DNA of 64,000 nucleotides from Candidatus Eiseniibacteriota bacterium (lineage in GTDB: Bacteria > Eisenbacteria > RBG-16-71-46 > JABDJR01). Position numbers and translations under genes: made by a program. The stretch lies in assembly GCA_963783375.1 (NCBI GenBank), contig CAWANH010000029.1:1536001-1600000 (forward strand), given 5' to 3'. The notes under the pieces were generated by a model. The model searched no databases and was not told where the DNA came from. It saw nothing but the letters and a program-made list of their open reading frames with translations. Below, piece by piece: positions 30,718 through 39,972 of this stretch. Within the stretch, counting starts at the first letter, position 1; every line of letters starts with the position of its first letter.

Positions 30718-30813
30718 CGTCGGTCTCCTCTGTGGTCCAGAATCCCCTTCCCCGGAGGGTCGCCGATCGGGGCTCGAAGGGATTGGGTTGGGTAGGTCTT
30801 CCTCCCAATGGGT

Positions 30814-31341
30814 TCAGCTTGCGGCCGGTGGATCCTCGTCGATGGGCCGCGATTCCAGAATGGGAGCCACGGCCAGGTGGCCCGCCTCCATGAGATCCAC
30901 CACGCGCTCCAGGGAGCGGGCGATCGCCGTCCGCTCGGATTCCGGCAGGGCGCGCAGGGCCTCCGCGAATCTGTCTTGCAGGGGGGAGGGGGCGCGGTCG
31001 GCCAGCCGGCGCCCTTCCTCGGTGAGGGAAACGTGGACGAGACGGCGGTCGCGGACGCCGCGCTCCCGCCGCACCCAGCCCTTTTCCTCGAGGCGGTCGA
31101 GGATTCCCACCACCGTGCTCGGGCTCAGGACGAGGCGCCGGGCGATGGCGGTCGGGGTGAGCGGACCTTCGTCCCGGATTGCGAGAAGGCAGATGAGCTG
31201 GGGCGTGGTGATCCGGTAGGTCGCGGAGAGCTTCCGGGAGTGGATCTCCACCGAGTGGAGGATCCGCCGGAGAGCCCTGAGAATCCGGACATCCTGTCCC
31301 GAGGCTTCCTGCGCCTCGCGCGTGGGGCTTGAATTCTCCAT
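30814..31341 (-). CDS. MarR-family regulator, EctR/CosR-like
   Basis: ILRALRRIL..VEIHSRKL...ITTPQL, STVVGILDRLE.KG.V.R.R...DRR, APSPLQ.RF, APIL tail. Confidence 0.85.
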   Translation of the reverse strand: MENSSPTREAQEASGQDVRILRALRRILHSVEIHSRKLSATYRITTPQLICLLAIRDEGPLTPTAIARRLVLSPSTVVGILDRLEEKGWVRRERGVRDRRLVHVSLTEEGRRLADRAPSPLQDRFAEALRALPESERTAIARSLERVVDLMEAGHLAVAPILESRPIDEDPPAAS

Positions 31342-31483
31342 GTCACTTTCCCTCAACGGCTTCCCCGTTTCGACCCACCCGTTCCGAACCGGTGGTTTGG
31401 TCCCAGCGGTCCCGGGAGCGCGGGCCCTCGCCGCGCCCCACCCCTTCAGAAGTGCCTTGGAGCCAAGTTGTTCGAGCTGAAAT

Positions 31484-31513
31484 ATTTGTACCACGAATGA
31501 ATGCTCCCGTCAA
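31484..31513 (-). promoter_or_regulatory. sigma70-like promoter TTGACG-N17-TACAAA with an imperfect palindrome over the -10 (candidate MarR operator)
   Basis: Minus strand -35 at 31513-31508 and -10 at 31490-31485; palindrome ATTTGT-acc-ACGAAT at 31484-31498. Confidence 0.6.
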
Positions 31514-31631
31514 GCCCCCGGTCCGCATATCCTCGCACCACCGAAGGTGTTAGGCTCACGGTCCCGGCCTCTGGGGCCGGAGCCGATGGGGATGGGTCCC
31601 ACCGGAGCGCTCCTCGTAGGTGCGGTAGAGC

Positions 31632-32576
31632 ATGAATCCCGCCGGCCATGTCTGGACCATCGCCCCCGATCTCCGCCACCGCGTCCTTCCCCTGCGGCCG
31701 CCGCCCTCCCGGGCGTGGTCGACGGTGCTCGAGGATCCGGACATCGGCCCCGTCCGCCTGACCGGGCGCCTGCGGGACTTCCCCGGAGCGGACACCCTGC
31801 TCGTGGTGGTTCACGGCCTGGGTGGCACCCCCCGACGCCACTACTGCATCCGCGCGGCGCGGGCGGCCGAGCGGGCGGGGTGGTCGAGCCTCCGGCTCGC
31901 CCTGCGCGGGGCGGACCGGCGCGGGGAGGACTTCTACCACGCCGGGCTCACCGCCGATCTCGAGGCGGCCGTCGCCTCCCCGGAGATCGTCCTCTATTCC
32001 CGCGTGTTGCTCCTGGGCTATTCCATGGGCGGCCACCTCGTGCTGCGTTACGCAGCCGGGCGGGTGGATCCGCGGGTCCTTGCCGCCGCCGCGGTTTCCG
32101 CCCCCCTCGATCTCGACCGTTCGGCCCGCTGGTTGGATGAGCGGGTGAGCGGGCTCTACCGGCGCCACGTGCTCCGCGCCCTGTTCGAGATGATCGAGGC
32201 GGTGGGCCGGAGACGGCCTCTCCCCGTCCCCTTCGACGAGGTCCGCCTCGTCCGCCGCATCCGGGAGTTCGACCGGCGGACGGTGGTCCCGCGCTTCGGA
32301 TTCGCCGACCCCGAGGACTACTACGTCTCGCAGAGCGCAGCCCGCGGTCTGGCGGATCTGCGGGTGCCGTCGCTCTACGTGGGAAGCCGAGCCGACCCCA
32401 TGGTCCCGCCCGAATCGGTGACCCCGGCGCTCACCGATCCGCCGGAGGCGCTGGAAGTGCGCTGGCTCTCCGCCGGGGGGCACATGGGATTTCCCGGGGG
32501 GACGGACCTGGGGCTCAATGCCCCGCGGGGTCTGGAGTCCCAGGTCCTGGCCTGGCTCGCTCGCGCGTCGGGGTGA
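31632..32576 (+). CDS. YheT-like alpha/beta hydrolase
   Basis: VHGLGG, FYHAG.T.DL, GYSMGG, IREFD.....PRFGF....YY, DPMVP, GGHMGF. Confidence 0.85.
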   Translation: MNPAGHVWTIAPDLRHRVLPLRPPPSRAWSTVLEDPDIGPVRLTGRLRDFPGADTLLVVVHGLGGTPRRHYCIRAARAAERAGWSSLRLALRGADRRGEDFYHAGLTADLEAAVASPEIVLYSRVLLLGYSMGGHLVLRYAAGRVDPRVLAAAAVSAPLDLDRSARWLDERVSGLYRRHVLRALFEMIEAVGRRRPLPVPFDEVRLVRRIREFDRRTVVPRFGFADPEDYYVSQSAARGLADLRVPSLYVGSRADPMVPPESVTPALTDPPEALEVRWLSAGGHMGFPGGTDLGLNAPRGLESQVLAWLARASG

Positions 32577-32727
32577 GGGGGGCCGGGGTCCCGGGAGCCG
32601 ATCGGCCGTCGAAGCGGGGCCCCCGTGAACGGTCCGGTGCTAGGATGGGGGAAGAACGGTCCGATCACGCGACCGGCGTCGCGGCGGTCCGGCGACCGCA
32701 CGCCGATCGCGTTCGGGGAGGAATACC

Positions 32728-33141
32728 ATGGCCCTGAACATTCGTCGTGTGGAGTACTTCTATACCAGCGTTCACGATCGCCTCGGCGAGGCCTACCGGC
32801 TGCTCTCCAAGCTCGCCAGCGAGGAGGTGAACCTCCTCGTCTTCAGCGCCGTACCCATGGGGACCGCCAACACCCAGCTCGTGCTCTTCCCGGAGAACGT
32901 CGAGCGCATGATCCGGGCGGCGGACAAGGCGGGCCTGACCCTGATCGGCCCCCAGCACGCCCTGCTCGTTCAGGGCGACGACGAGCTGGGCGCCCTGGCC
33001 GACGTCCACGGCCGCCTCTACGACGCGAAGACCAACGTCTACGCGTCTCACGGGGTCACCGACGGCAAGGGATGCTTCGGCTACGTCCTCTACGTCGCCG
33101 AGGAGGACTTCGAGCGGGCGGCCACCGCGCTGGGGGTCTGA
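32728..33141 (+). CDS. Hypothetical protein, probable tandem ACT-like domains
   Basis: GGAGG RBS; two units DRLGEAY.LL..LA...VNL and DELGALA.V...L.....NV, typical of ACT pairs. Confidence 0.65.
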   Translation: MALNIRRVEYFYTSVHDRLGEAYRLLSKLASEEVNLLVFSAVPMGTANTQLVLFPENVERMIRAADKAGLTLIGPQHALLVQGDDELGALADVHGRLYDAKTNVYASHGVTDGKGCFGYVLYVAEEDFERAATALGV

Positions 33142-33142
33142 G

Positions 33143-33242
33143 CCGGCGGGTTCGGGACTCCGGTTCGGCCGCGCCGGGGCCGGTCGTGCTACGCGTCCGC
33201 TCGCTCTCCCGCGGGACCGGCCCGGCGGGTTCGGGACTCCGG
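33143..33242. repeat. 21-bp direct repeat, two copies
   Basis: ccggcgggttcgggactccgg at 33143-33163 and 33222-33242, at the junction of convergent genes. Confidence 0.85.
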
Positions 33243-34121
33243 CCGGCCCGCGGGCGTCGGTCCGCTGTCCCGGGCATCCGGTATCCGCCGTGACCGCTTG
33301 AACACCCCGTGCGGATCGAGCTCGAAGTGATAGAGCTTGGCCACTTCGAACTCCAGCTTGCGGAGCGGGGTGGCGCGCTGGATGGCCACGGCCAGGAGCG
33401 CCCCCACCAGGGGACCCGCCGCGTATACCCACGCGTCCCGCCAGACACCGGACACCACCGCCGGCCCGAGGCTTCGCGCCGGGTTCGTGCTGGTGCCGGA
33501 AATCGGGGCCTCGAGGTAGACGAGCACCGCGTAGAGGATGGGAAAGAGCAGCGGGGTGTAGGCGCGAACCCGGCGGTGTCCCAGAAACACGAAAAGAAGG
33601 GCCACCAGAGCAAAGGTGGCTCCGGCTTCTCCGGCCAGGGCGGTGACGGAGCCGATGCCGGGACCAGGGAGGGTGGCGGCGAAATCGACGCCCTGTCCGA
33701 TCCGCCCCCAGAGGAGGAGCGGCGCCGCCCCGGCGAGCCCACCCGCGAGCTGGGCCAGGATATAGCCCAGGGCGTGGCCGCCGCCCATCTTGCCGCGGAG
33801 CCGGAACGCCAGGGTGACCGCGGGATTGATGTGGGCCCCGCTCTCCTTCCCCACCCAGGATACGGCGATCAGCGCGCCGGTGGTGCCGAACAGGAATCCG
33901 GTCACGAGCCGGCGGAGGCCGGGGTCGGGGATCCAGTTCGGGACCGGGCTTCCGGCGCCGAAGTCCGCGATCACCACCGAACAGCCGATCGCCACCAGGA
34001 GTGCGGTGCCGACGAACTCCGAGATGAAGAGGACAGGCGGCAGTTTCACGGGGCCGGGTCCAACCCTCCGGTGGCTTCCGATCCCGCTGTAGGGACGAGG
34101 CTCCGGCGACCGGACGGTCAT
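33189..34121 (-). CDS. MIP/aquaporin family channel; start uncertain
   Basis: EFVGTALL, SGAHINPAVT and GTSTNPARS (two NPA boxes), WVY..GP..GA. Confidence 0.9.
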   Translation of the reverse strand: MTVRSPEPRPYSGIGSHRRVGPGPVKLPPVLFISEFVGTALLVAIGCSVVIADFGAGSPVPNWIPDPGLRRLVTGFLFGTTGALIAVSWVGKESGAHINPAVTLAFRLRGKMGGGHALGYILAQLAGGLAGAAPLLLWGRIGQGVDFAATLPGPGIGSVTALAGEAGATFALVALLFVFLGHRRVRAYTPLLFPILYAVLVYLEAPISGTSTNPARSLGPAVVSGVWRDAWVYAAGPLVGALLAVAIQRATPLRKLEFEVAKLYHFELDPHGVFKRSRRIPDARDSGPTPAGRPESRTRRAGPAGERADA

Positions 34122-34134
34122 TCGGCCGCCGAAC

Positions 34135-34302
34135 TCACTCGCTCCTACCGCGATTCACCACACCACCGACCAGGAAAACGACTGAGAAGACGATGCTCAG
34201 CACACCCTCCACGATTCTGGAACCGGTGATCTGGTAAACCGCGATCGCGAGAGAAGCCACGCTGCATGTGAGCAGCGCGATCGACAGCGTCCTCTTGTTC
34301 AT
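34135..34302 (-). CDS. Small (55 aa) two-helix membrane protein, absent from the ORF track
   Basis: GGAGG upstream of ATG 34302; MNKRTLSIALLTCSVASLAIAVYQITGSRIVEGVLSIVFSVVFLVGGVVNRGRSE*. Confidence 0.6.
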   Translation of the reverse strand: MNKRTLSIALLTCSVASLAIAVYQITGSRIVEGVLSIVFSVVFLVGGVVNRGRSE

Positions 34303-34839
34303 GATCCCCCTCCCAGGGACTGCCGGGATCCCCTCCTGTCATGCCGAACCCAGGCTTCCGACATCCGAGGGAACACCACACCCGGCCGCCGGCACGATGC
34401 CCGAAGTGTACTCCGGATCGGAGCCATCACGGAAGGTTTGCATTGGCGAATCCGAGCTGAACGCGACGCGAACCGGCCTCGACGGACGTTTCGCCATCGG
34501 GCGGCGGACCGGCCCGGTTCATGCCCACCTGCTGGCGGAATTGCATCCGGGTGTAACTCGTTCGCAAGAAAACTTCGCCCGCGTTCCCCCGGGGAAGCAC
34601 GGTTGGCAACGAAGAACTCCCGGGACGGTACACGTCCCCGGGCGGCCTCCGGATCGTTCACGGGCGGGCCCCCCCCGCGGGTACACCCAGGTGAACGGCC
34701 TGCCCGGCGAACGTGCGCGCCTCTCACCGGATCCGCCCGGGCTCCGGGGTCGGCTGCCCCCCATTTCCCCGGCCCCGAGCGCCCGCCCCGCGCTACACTC
34801 GTGATCCTGGCCCGTAACCTGGAACCCGGGGGACTCGTC

Positions 34840-35613
34840 ATGAAAACAATTCGGGTGGCGGCGCTCATGCTGTGCTCCGTGCTCCTCACGTCCTGCTCCG
34901 AGGCCTCGGCGCCGCGAACGCAACCGGTGCTGGTGGAGCTCTTCACCTCCCAGGGCTGCTCGAGCTGTCCCCCCGCCGACAGCCTCCTGGAGCGGTTGGC
35001 CGCGAGCCCGGAGTACCGCGACCGGATCATCCCCCTCGCCCTTCACGTGGATTACTGGGACCGGCTCGGCTGGACCGACCCTCTGGGTCGGGCGGACTTC
35101 GCCGACCGCCAGCGCGCGTACGCGAAGCGCCTCTCCCCCACCAAGCTCTATACCCCCGAGCTGGTGGTGAACGGAGCCGGGGAGTGCATCGGGGACGATG
35201 AGTCGGCGGCGCGCGAACTCATCGACGGGGCGCTGGCCGTCGAGTCCCCGGGCCGGGTAACGCTGACCCGGCTCCCCGCGAAGCACGATTCGCTCCGGGT
35301 GCGGGTCGAGGCGGAGACGCACGCTGCGCCGGGAGACACCCTGGACGTCCTGGTGGCGATCTACGAGTCCGGGCTCGTGACCGCGATCACCGAAGGGGAG
35401 AACGCGGGGAAGACGCTTTCCGACGCGTTCGCGGTCCGGACGCTGGTGCCGGCGTTCACGCTCCCGGCGGCGGCGCCCCGGCGGGGCTCGGCCGTGCTCG
35501 CGGTGCCGCTGGGCCCCGCCTGGAATCCGGCGCGTCTCGGGGCGGCGGCGTTCATCCAGGACCGGAAGACCCTGGCGATCACCGGGGCCGCGCTCTCGCC
35601 CGCCGCCGACTGA
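34840..35613 (+). CDS. DUF1223 thioredoxin-like lipoprotein
   Basis: VELFTSQGCSSCPPAD, HVDYWD.LGW.DP, YTPELVVNG; lipobox LLTSC. Confidence 0.9.
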   Translation: MKTIRVAALMLCSVLLTSCSEASAPRTQPVLVELFTSQGCSSCPPADSLLERLAASPEYRDRIIPLALHVDYWDRLGWTDPLGRADFADRQRAYAKRLSPTKLYTPELVVNGAGECIGDDESAARELIDGALAVESPGRVTLTRLPAKHDSLRVRVEAETHAAPGDTLDVLVAIYESGLVTAITEGENAGKTLSDAFAVRTLVPAFTLPAAAPRRGSAVLAVPLGPAWNPARLGAAAFIQDRKTLAITGAALSPAAD

Positions 35614-35828
35614 CCCGGTCCGCCCGCGCTCCCGCCGAGCAACGGCGCCGGGACCCCAACGGACCGGGTTCCCCCCGAACAGGCCTTTTCCCCTTCTGCC
35701 CCCGACGGCGAGACTCTATAGTGGTTCCCCGGCCGTCGGTACCGGTCGCCGGGGCGGTTCTCCACCGGTACCGGTCGCCGGCCGCGCGCCGTGCCGTCCC
35801 GGCGCGAAAACCCTAGGAAACCAAGCGC

Positions 35829-37895
35829 ATGAAGTCCCAGGACCCCGCCAATTCCCCCGGCCTGCTCCCCCCACCGGACGTGAACCCGCGGCGGGACCCG
35901 CCCCTGGACTTTCCCGACCGGGACCTGGGGAAGATGACCGCCGACGACTACCGCTCGCTGGGGTTCATGTCCGGCCTGGAGGTGCACCAGCAGCTCCGGA
36001 CCCGGACCAAGCTCTTCTGCCGTTGTCCCTCCGGCCGCTACGTGGACCACTACGACGCCGAAGTGCTCCGCCACATGCGCCCCACCCTGAGCGAGCTGGG
36101 CGAGTACGACGGCACCGCGCTCATGGAGTTCAAGACCCGCAAGGAAATCGTCTACCAGCTCGAGCGCAGCACGGTCTGCACCTATGAGATCGACGATACC
36201 CCCCCCTTCGTGATCGACGAGGAATCGATCCGGGTGGCGCTGGAGATTTCCCTCCTCTTCAACCTGAACCTGGTGAGCGAGATCCACGTCATGCGGAAGC
36301 AATACCTGGACGGGTCCATCCCCACCGGGTTCCAGCGGACGGCGATGATGGGCCTGGCCGGAACCGTCCCCTTCCGGGTCCCCGAGCTCGGGGTGGACCG
36401 GGAGCTCCGCATCCGGCAGCTCTCGTTGGAGGAGGACGCCTGCCGCGAGATCTCGGATGTCGGACACCGCGTCACCTTCCGCACCGATCGGTTGGGGATG
36501 CCGCTCACCGAGGTGGTCACCGAGCCGGAGATGCTCACCCCCTGGGAGCTCCAGGCGGGGGCGCGGCTCATCGCCCGGACCACCCGGGTGTCGGGAAAGG
36601 TCCGGCGGGGTCCCGGCGCCGCCCGCCAGGACGTGAACGTCTCGGTGGCCGGAGGTCGCCGGATCGAGATCAAGGGGGTGGACAGCCATCGCCGGCTCCC
36701 CCTCCTGGTCCACGTCGAGGCGTTCCGGCAGCTGAACCTGCTCCGGGTCCGGGCCGAGCTGCTCCGGCGCGGGGTGGACGGGACCGGCCTCGCCGTCCCC
36801 GACGGCGGCCGGGCGTGGGAAACCTCTCCCCTGGCGCTCGGCGCCGGTTCGATCCTGAAGCGCTCCGACTACGCGCCCCTCCGCGACGCCCTGGACCGCG
36901 GCGAGACCGCGGGGGCCATCCGCCTTCCCGGCTTCGCCGGGCTGCTCCTTCATCGCACCCAGCCCGGGGTGACCTTCGCCAACGAGCTGGCCGACCGTGT
37001 GCGGGTGGTCGCGTGCCTCACCTCGCGGCCCTTCATGATCCACTCCGACCTCGAAGGGTACGGGATCTCCCACGCGGAGTGGCGCCAGATCAGGACCGCC
37101 CTCAAGGCCGGCCCCGAAGACTCCATGGTGGTGGTGTGGGGACCGGAACGCGACGTGGACACCGCGCTCCGCGAGGTGGCGATCCGGGCCCGCGAGGCCG
37201 TGGACGGCATCCCTGCCGAGACCCGGCAGTCCTACCCCGACGGCACCACCGGCTTCGAGCGGATCCTCCCCGGGGCCGACCGGATGTACCCCGACACCGA
37301 CACCCCGCCCGTCCCCATCCCCGATCCCTGGGTGGAGGCGATCCGGCTCGCCGAGCGCCCCTGGGAACGGGAGGCCCGGTACCGGGCCCTGGGGCTCGCC
37401 GACGCGGCCGCGCGCCGGCTGGCCGGCGCGTCCTGGGCGGATCTCTTCGACGCCCTGGCCCCGTCGGAAGGGGCGATGGCGAGGCGGCTGGCGTCGGCGC
37501 TGGAGACGCGCCTTCCTCATCTCCGCCGCCGCGGTGCGCGCCTCCCCGACGCCGCGCGCCTGGCTCCCTTGATCGAAGCCCTCGCCGCCGGCACGGTCCG
37601 GATGGAAGCGGCGGAACGCGCGCTCGACCGGCTGGTCACCGAACCCGAGGTTCCCTCCGGGAGCGTGCTCGCCGCCTTCACCCCCGGGCCCGGGGACGCC
37701 GCGGAACTCGACGGCCTGGTGCGGCGGGCGGTGGAACGGTCCGCTCCGCTCCGCGGCAAGCCGCACGACGTCGTGCTTCGATGGGCGATGGGCGAGGTCA
37801 TGCCGTCGGTGATCGGCCGCGCCGACCCGGCCGCGGTGCGCGCCCGCCTCGAGGCCGCCCTGGCCCCGGTCATGGAGGATGCGAATCGTGGATGA
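35829..37895 (+). CDS. gatE: Glu-tRNA(Gln) amidotransferase subunit E (archaeal type)
   Basis: GLEVHQQL, KLFCRCP, MRPTLSELGEYD, RKQYLDGSIPTGFQRT, LEEDA, DRLGMPL.EV, RQDVNVS, IEIKGV, GAD-like insertion, PGADRMYPDTD. Confidence 0.92.
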   Translation: MKSQDPANSPGLLPPPDVNPRRDPPLDFPDRDLGKMTADDYRSLGFMSGLEVHQQLRTRTKLFCRCPSGRYVDHYDAEVLRHMRPTLSELGEYDGTALMEFKTRKEIVYQLERSTVCTYEIDDTPPFVIDEESIRVALEISLLFNLNLVSEIHVMRKQYLDGSIPTGFQRTAMMGLAGTVPFRVPELGVDRELRIRQLSLEEDACREISDVGHRVTFRTDRLGMPLTEVVTEPEMLTPWELQAGARLIARTTRVSGKVRRGPGAARQDVNVSVAGGRRIEIKGVDSHRRLPLLVHVEAFRQLNLLRVRAELLRRGVDGTGLAVPDGGRAWETSPLALGAGSILKRSDYAPLRDALDRGETAGAIRLPGFAGLLLHRTQPGVTFANELADRVRVVACLTSRPFMIHSDLEGYGISHAEWRQIRTALKAGPEDSMVVVWGPERDVDTALREVAIRAREAVDGIPAETRQSYPDGTTGFERILPGADRMYPDTDTPPVPIPDPWVEAIRLAERPWEREARYRALGLADAAARRLAGASWADLFDALAPSEGAMARRLASALETRLPHLRRRGARLPDAARLAPLIEALAAGTVRMEAAERALDRLVTEPEVPSGSVLAAFTPGPGDAAELDGLVRRAVERSAPLRGKPHDVVLRWAMGEVMPSVIGRADPAAVRARLEAALAPVMEDANRG

Positions 37896-39276
37896 CGACC
37901 GCTACAAGGGCTACCGCGAACCCACCCGGGGGGTCATGAAGCGACACGACGTGACGGTGTGGTCGATCGTGACCGCCCATACCACCCGCGGAGACTTCCG
38001 CGGGCTCGTGCTGCCCCGCTCCGAGACCTCGGACGCCGATCACCTGGTCCTCAAGTTGAACACCGGCTACAACGTGGGTCTCCGTCACGACACCATCACC
38101 GGATTCGAGATCGAGGGGTTCAAGGAAGCCCACTACAAGATCCCCGAGCAGGAGTTCCCGGTGAGCCCGGACAAGCCGTCGGTGAAGCTGTTCGGGACCG
38201 GGGGCACCATCGCCTCCCGGCTCGACTACCGGACCGGCGCGGTCATCCCCGCCTTCAGCCCCGGCGAACTCTACGGCTCGGTGCCGGAGCTGGCCGACAT
38301 CTGCAACCTGGAGACCGAGAAGCTGTTCGGGGTGTTCTCGGAGAACATGGGACCCGAGCAGTACCTGGTCCTGGCCGAGCGGGTCGGCGAGGCGATCCGC
38401 GAGGGCTTCGCGGGGGTGGTGGTCGGCCACGGCACCGACACCATGCACCACACCGCCGCCGCCCTGAGCTTCATGGTCCAGAACCCGCCGGTTCCGGTGG
38501 TCATGGTGGGAAGCCAGCGGTCCTCGGACCGGCCCTCGTCCGACGCGGCCCAGAACCTCATCAACGCCACCTGGGCCGCGGCCCGGGGAACGATCGCCGA
38601 GGTCATGGTCTGCATGTTCGGCCCCACCTCCGACCGCTACAACCTGCTCCACCGCGGCACCCGGGTCCGGAAGATGCACAGCTCCTACCGGAGCACCTTC
38701 CGCACCGTCGGAGACATCCCGCTGGCCATGGTGGAGGAAGGCCGGATCACCCCTCTCAAGACCGACTACGCACTCCGCCGCGACGACCGCGAGGCCCGGG
38801 TGCAGGCGGTGTTCGAGGAGCGGGTGACCCTCCTCTACTACTACCCCAACATGCAGCCCGACGTGATCGACGCCCTCATCGACAAGGGGTACAAGGGGAT
38901 CATCATCGCGGGCACCGGCCTCGGCCACGTGAACCGCAAGGTCTACCCGGCGCTGGAACGGGCGCGGGCGGCCGGAGTCCTGGTGTTCATGACCCTTCAG
39001 ACCCTGTGGGGTTTCGTGCAGATGCACGTCTACGAGACCGGGCGGGAGATCCTGGGGTTGGGGGTGGTGCCCCTGGCCAACATGCTCCCCGAGACCGCCT
39101 ACATCAAGCTGGGCTGGGCCCTGGGGATGCACCCGGACGATCCCGAGGCGGCGGCGCGGCTCATGACCACCCCCATCGCCTCGGACATGACCGAGCGCGA
39201 GCCCCACGACGGGTATCTCATCTTCCAGGGCGGGGTGCCGGAGATCCAGGAGTTCCTGGGAAAGATCTGGAAGTAG
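37888..39276 (+). CDS. gatD: Glu-tRNA(Gln) amidotransferase subunit D (archaeal type, asparaginase-like)
   Basis: GatD N-terminal domain (LKLNTGYNVG), TGGTIASRLDYRTGAV.P, HGTDT, GSQRSSDRPSSD, HRGTRVRKMHSS, GTGLGH; GTG 37888 with GGAGG, overlapping gatE. Confidence 0.93.
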   Translation: MDDDRYKGYREPTRGVMKRHDVTVWSIVTAHTTRGDFRGLVLPRSETSDADHLVLKLNTGYNVGLRHDTITGFEIEGFKEAHYKIPEQEFPVSPDKPSVKLFGTGGTIASRLDYRTGAVIPAFSPGELYGSVPELADICNLETEKLFGVFSENMGPEQYLVLAERVGEAIREGFAGVVVGHGTDTMHHTAAALSFMVQNPPVPVVMVGSQRSSDRPSSDAAQNLINATWAAARGTIAEVMVCMFGPTSDRYNLLHRGTRVRKMHSSYRSTFRTVGDIPLAMVEEGRITPLKTDYALRRDDREARVQAVFEERVTLLYYYPNMQPDVIDALIDKGYKGIIIAGTGLGHVNRKVYPALERARAAGVLVFMTLQTLWGFVQMHVYETGREILGLGVVPLANMLPETAYIKLGWALGMHPDDPEAAARLMTTPIASDMTEREPHDGYLIFQGGVPEIQEFLGKIWK

Positions 39277-39297
39277 GAACCGCGGCGGGAGCGGATC

Positions 39298-39972
39298 ATG
39301 CGCATTCTCCTGATCGAAGACGACGAGCCCACCCGATCGCTGATCCGGCGTTCCCTCACCGCCCGCGGGCACTCGGTCCAGGAGGCGGATCGCGCGGCGA
39401 CCGGCGACGACCTGGCCCGAAGCGAGGAGTTCGACGTTCTCATCATCGACATCCAGCTTCCGGACGGAGACGGCCTGGACATCTGCCGCCGGCTTCGCCG
39501 TGACGGGGTGAGCGTTCCCATCCTGTTCCTGACCGCCCGGGGGGAAGTGGGCGACCGGGTGGCCGGGCTGGACGCCGGGGCGGACGATTACCTCAGGAAG
39601 CCCTTCGCGCTCGCCGAACTCGACGCGCGGGTGCGCGCCCTGGGGCGCCGGCGGGGAGCCGCCCCCCCCGCGCGCATGGAAGCGGCCGGGCTGGAGATCG
39701 ACTTCACCGCTCGCGTCCTCCGCCGGGACGGCTCGGAAATCCCGATGACCGCCCGGGAGTGGCGGGTCCTGGAGATCCTCGCGTCCCGATCCGGGCGCGT
39801 GGTGCGCCGCGACGACCTGTTGTCCCTGGCCTGGGGGGACGCCGGTCCCTCGGCCTCGGAGAGCCTGGACGTGATCATGAGCCGGATCCGCCGGAAGCTG
39901 GGCCGGAAGGGCGCCGCGAGCCTCATTCGAACGGTCCGCGGCGAAGGGTACGTCCTGGAGGCCCGGGAATGA
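39298..39972 (+). CDS. OmpR-family response regulator
   Basis: ILLIEDD, phosphoacceptor D in IIDIQLP, LTAR, GADDYLRKPF, IRTVRG.GY. Confidence 0.93.
   Translation: MRILLIEDDEPTRSLIRRSLTARGHSVQEADRAATGDDLARSEEFDVLIIDIQLPDGDGLDICRRLRRDGVSVPILFLTARGEVGDRVAGLDAGADDYLRKPFALAELDARVRALGRRRGAAPPARMEAAGLEIDFTARVLRRDGSEIPMTAREWRVLEILASRSGRVVRRDDLLSLAWGDAGPSASESLDVIMSRIRRKLGRKGAASLIRTVRGEGYVLEARE

Noticed and set aside
34530-34548. sigma54 promoter (tggcggaattgc)
   Set aside because: GG-to-GC spacing is 7 nt instead of the required 10.
35829-39276. Ordinary gatB plus L-asparaginase
   Set aside because: GatE-specific RPTLSELGE and insertion domain, and GatD-specific N-domain and SQRSSDRPSSD, are present; no gatA or gatC adjacent.
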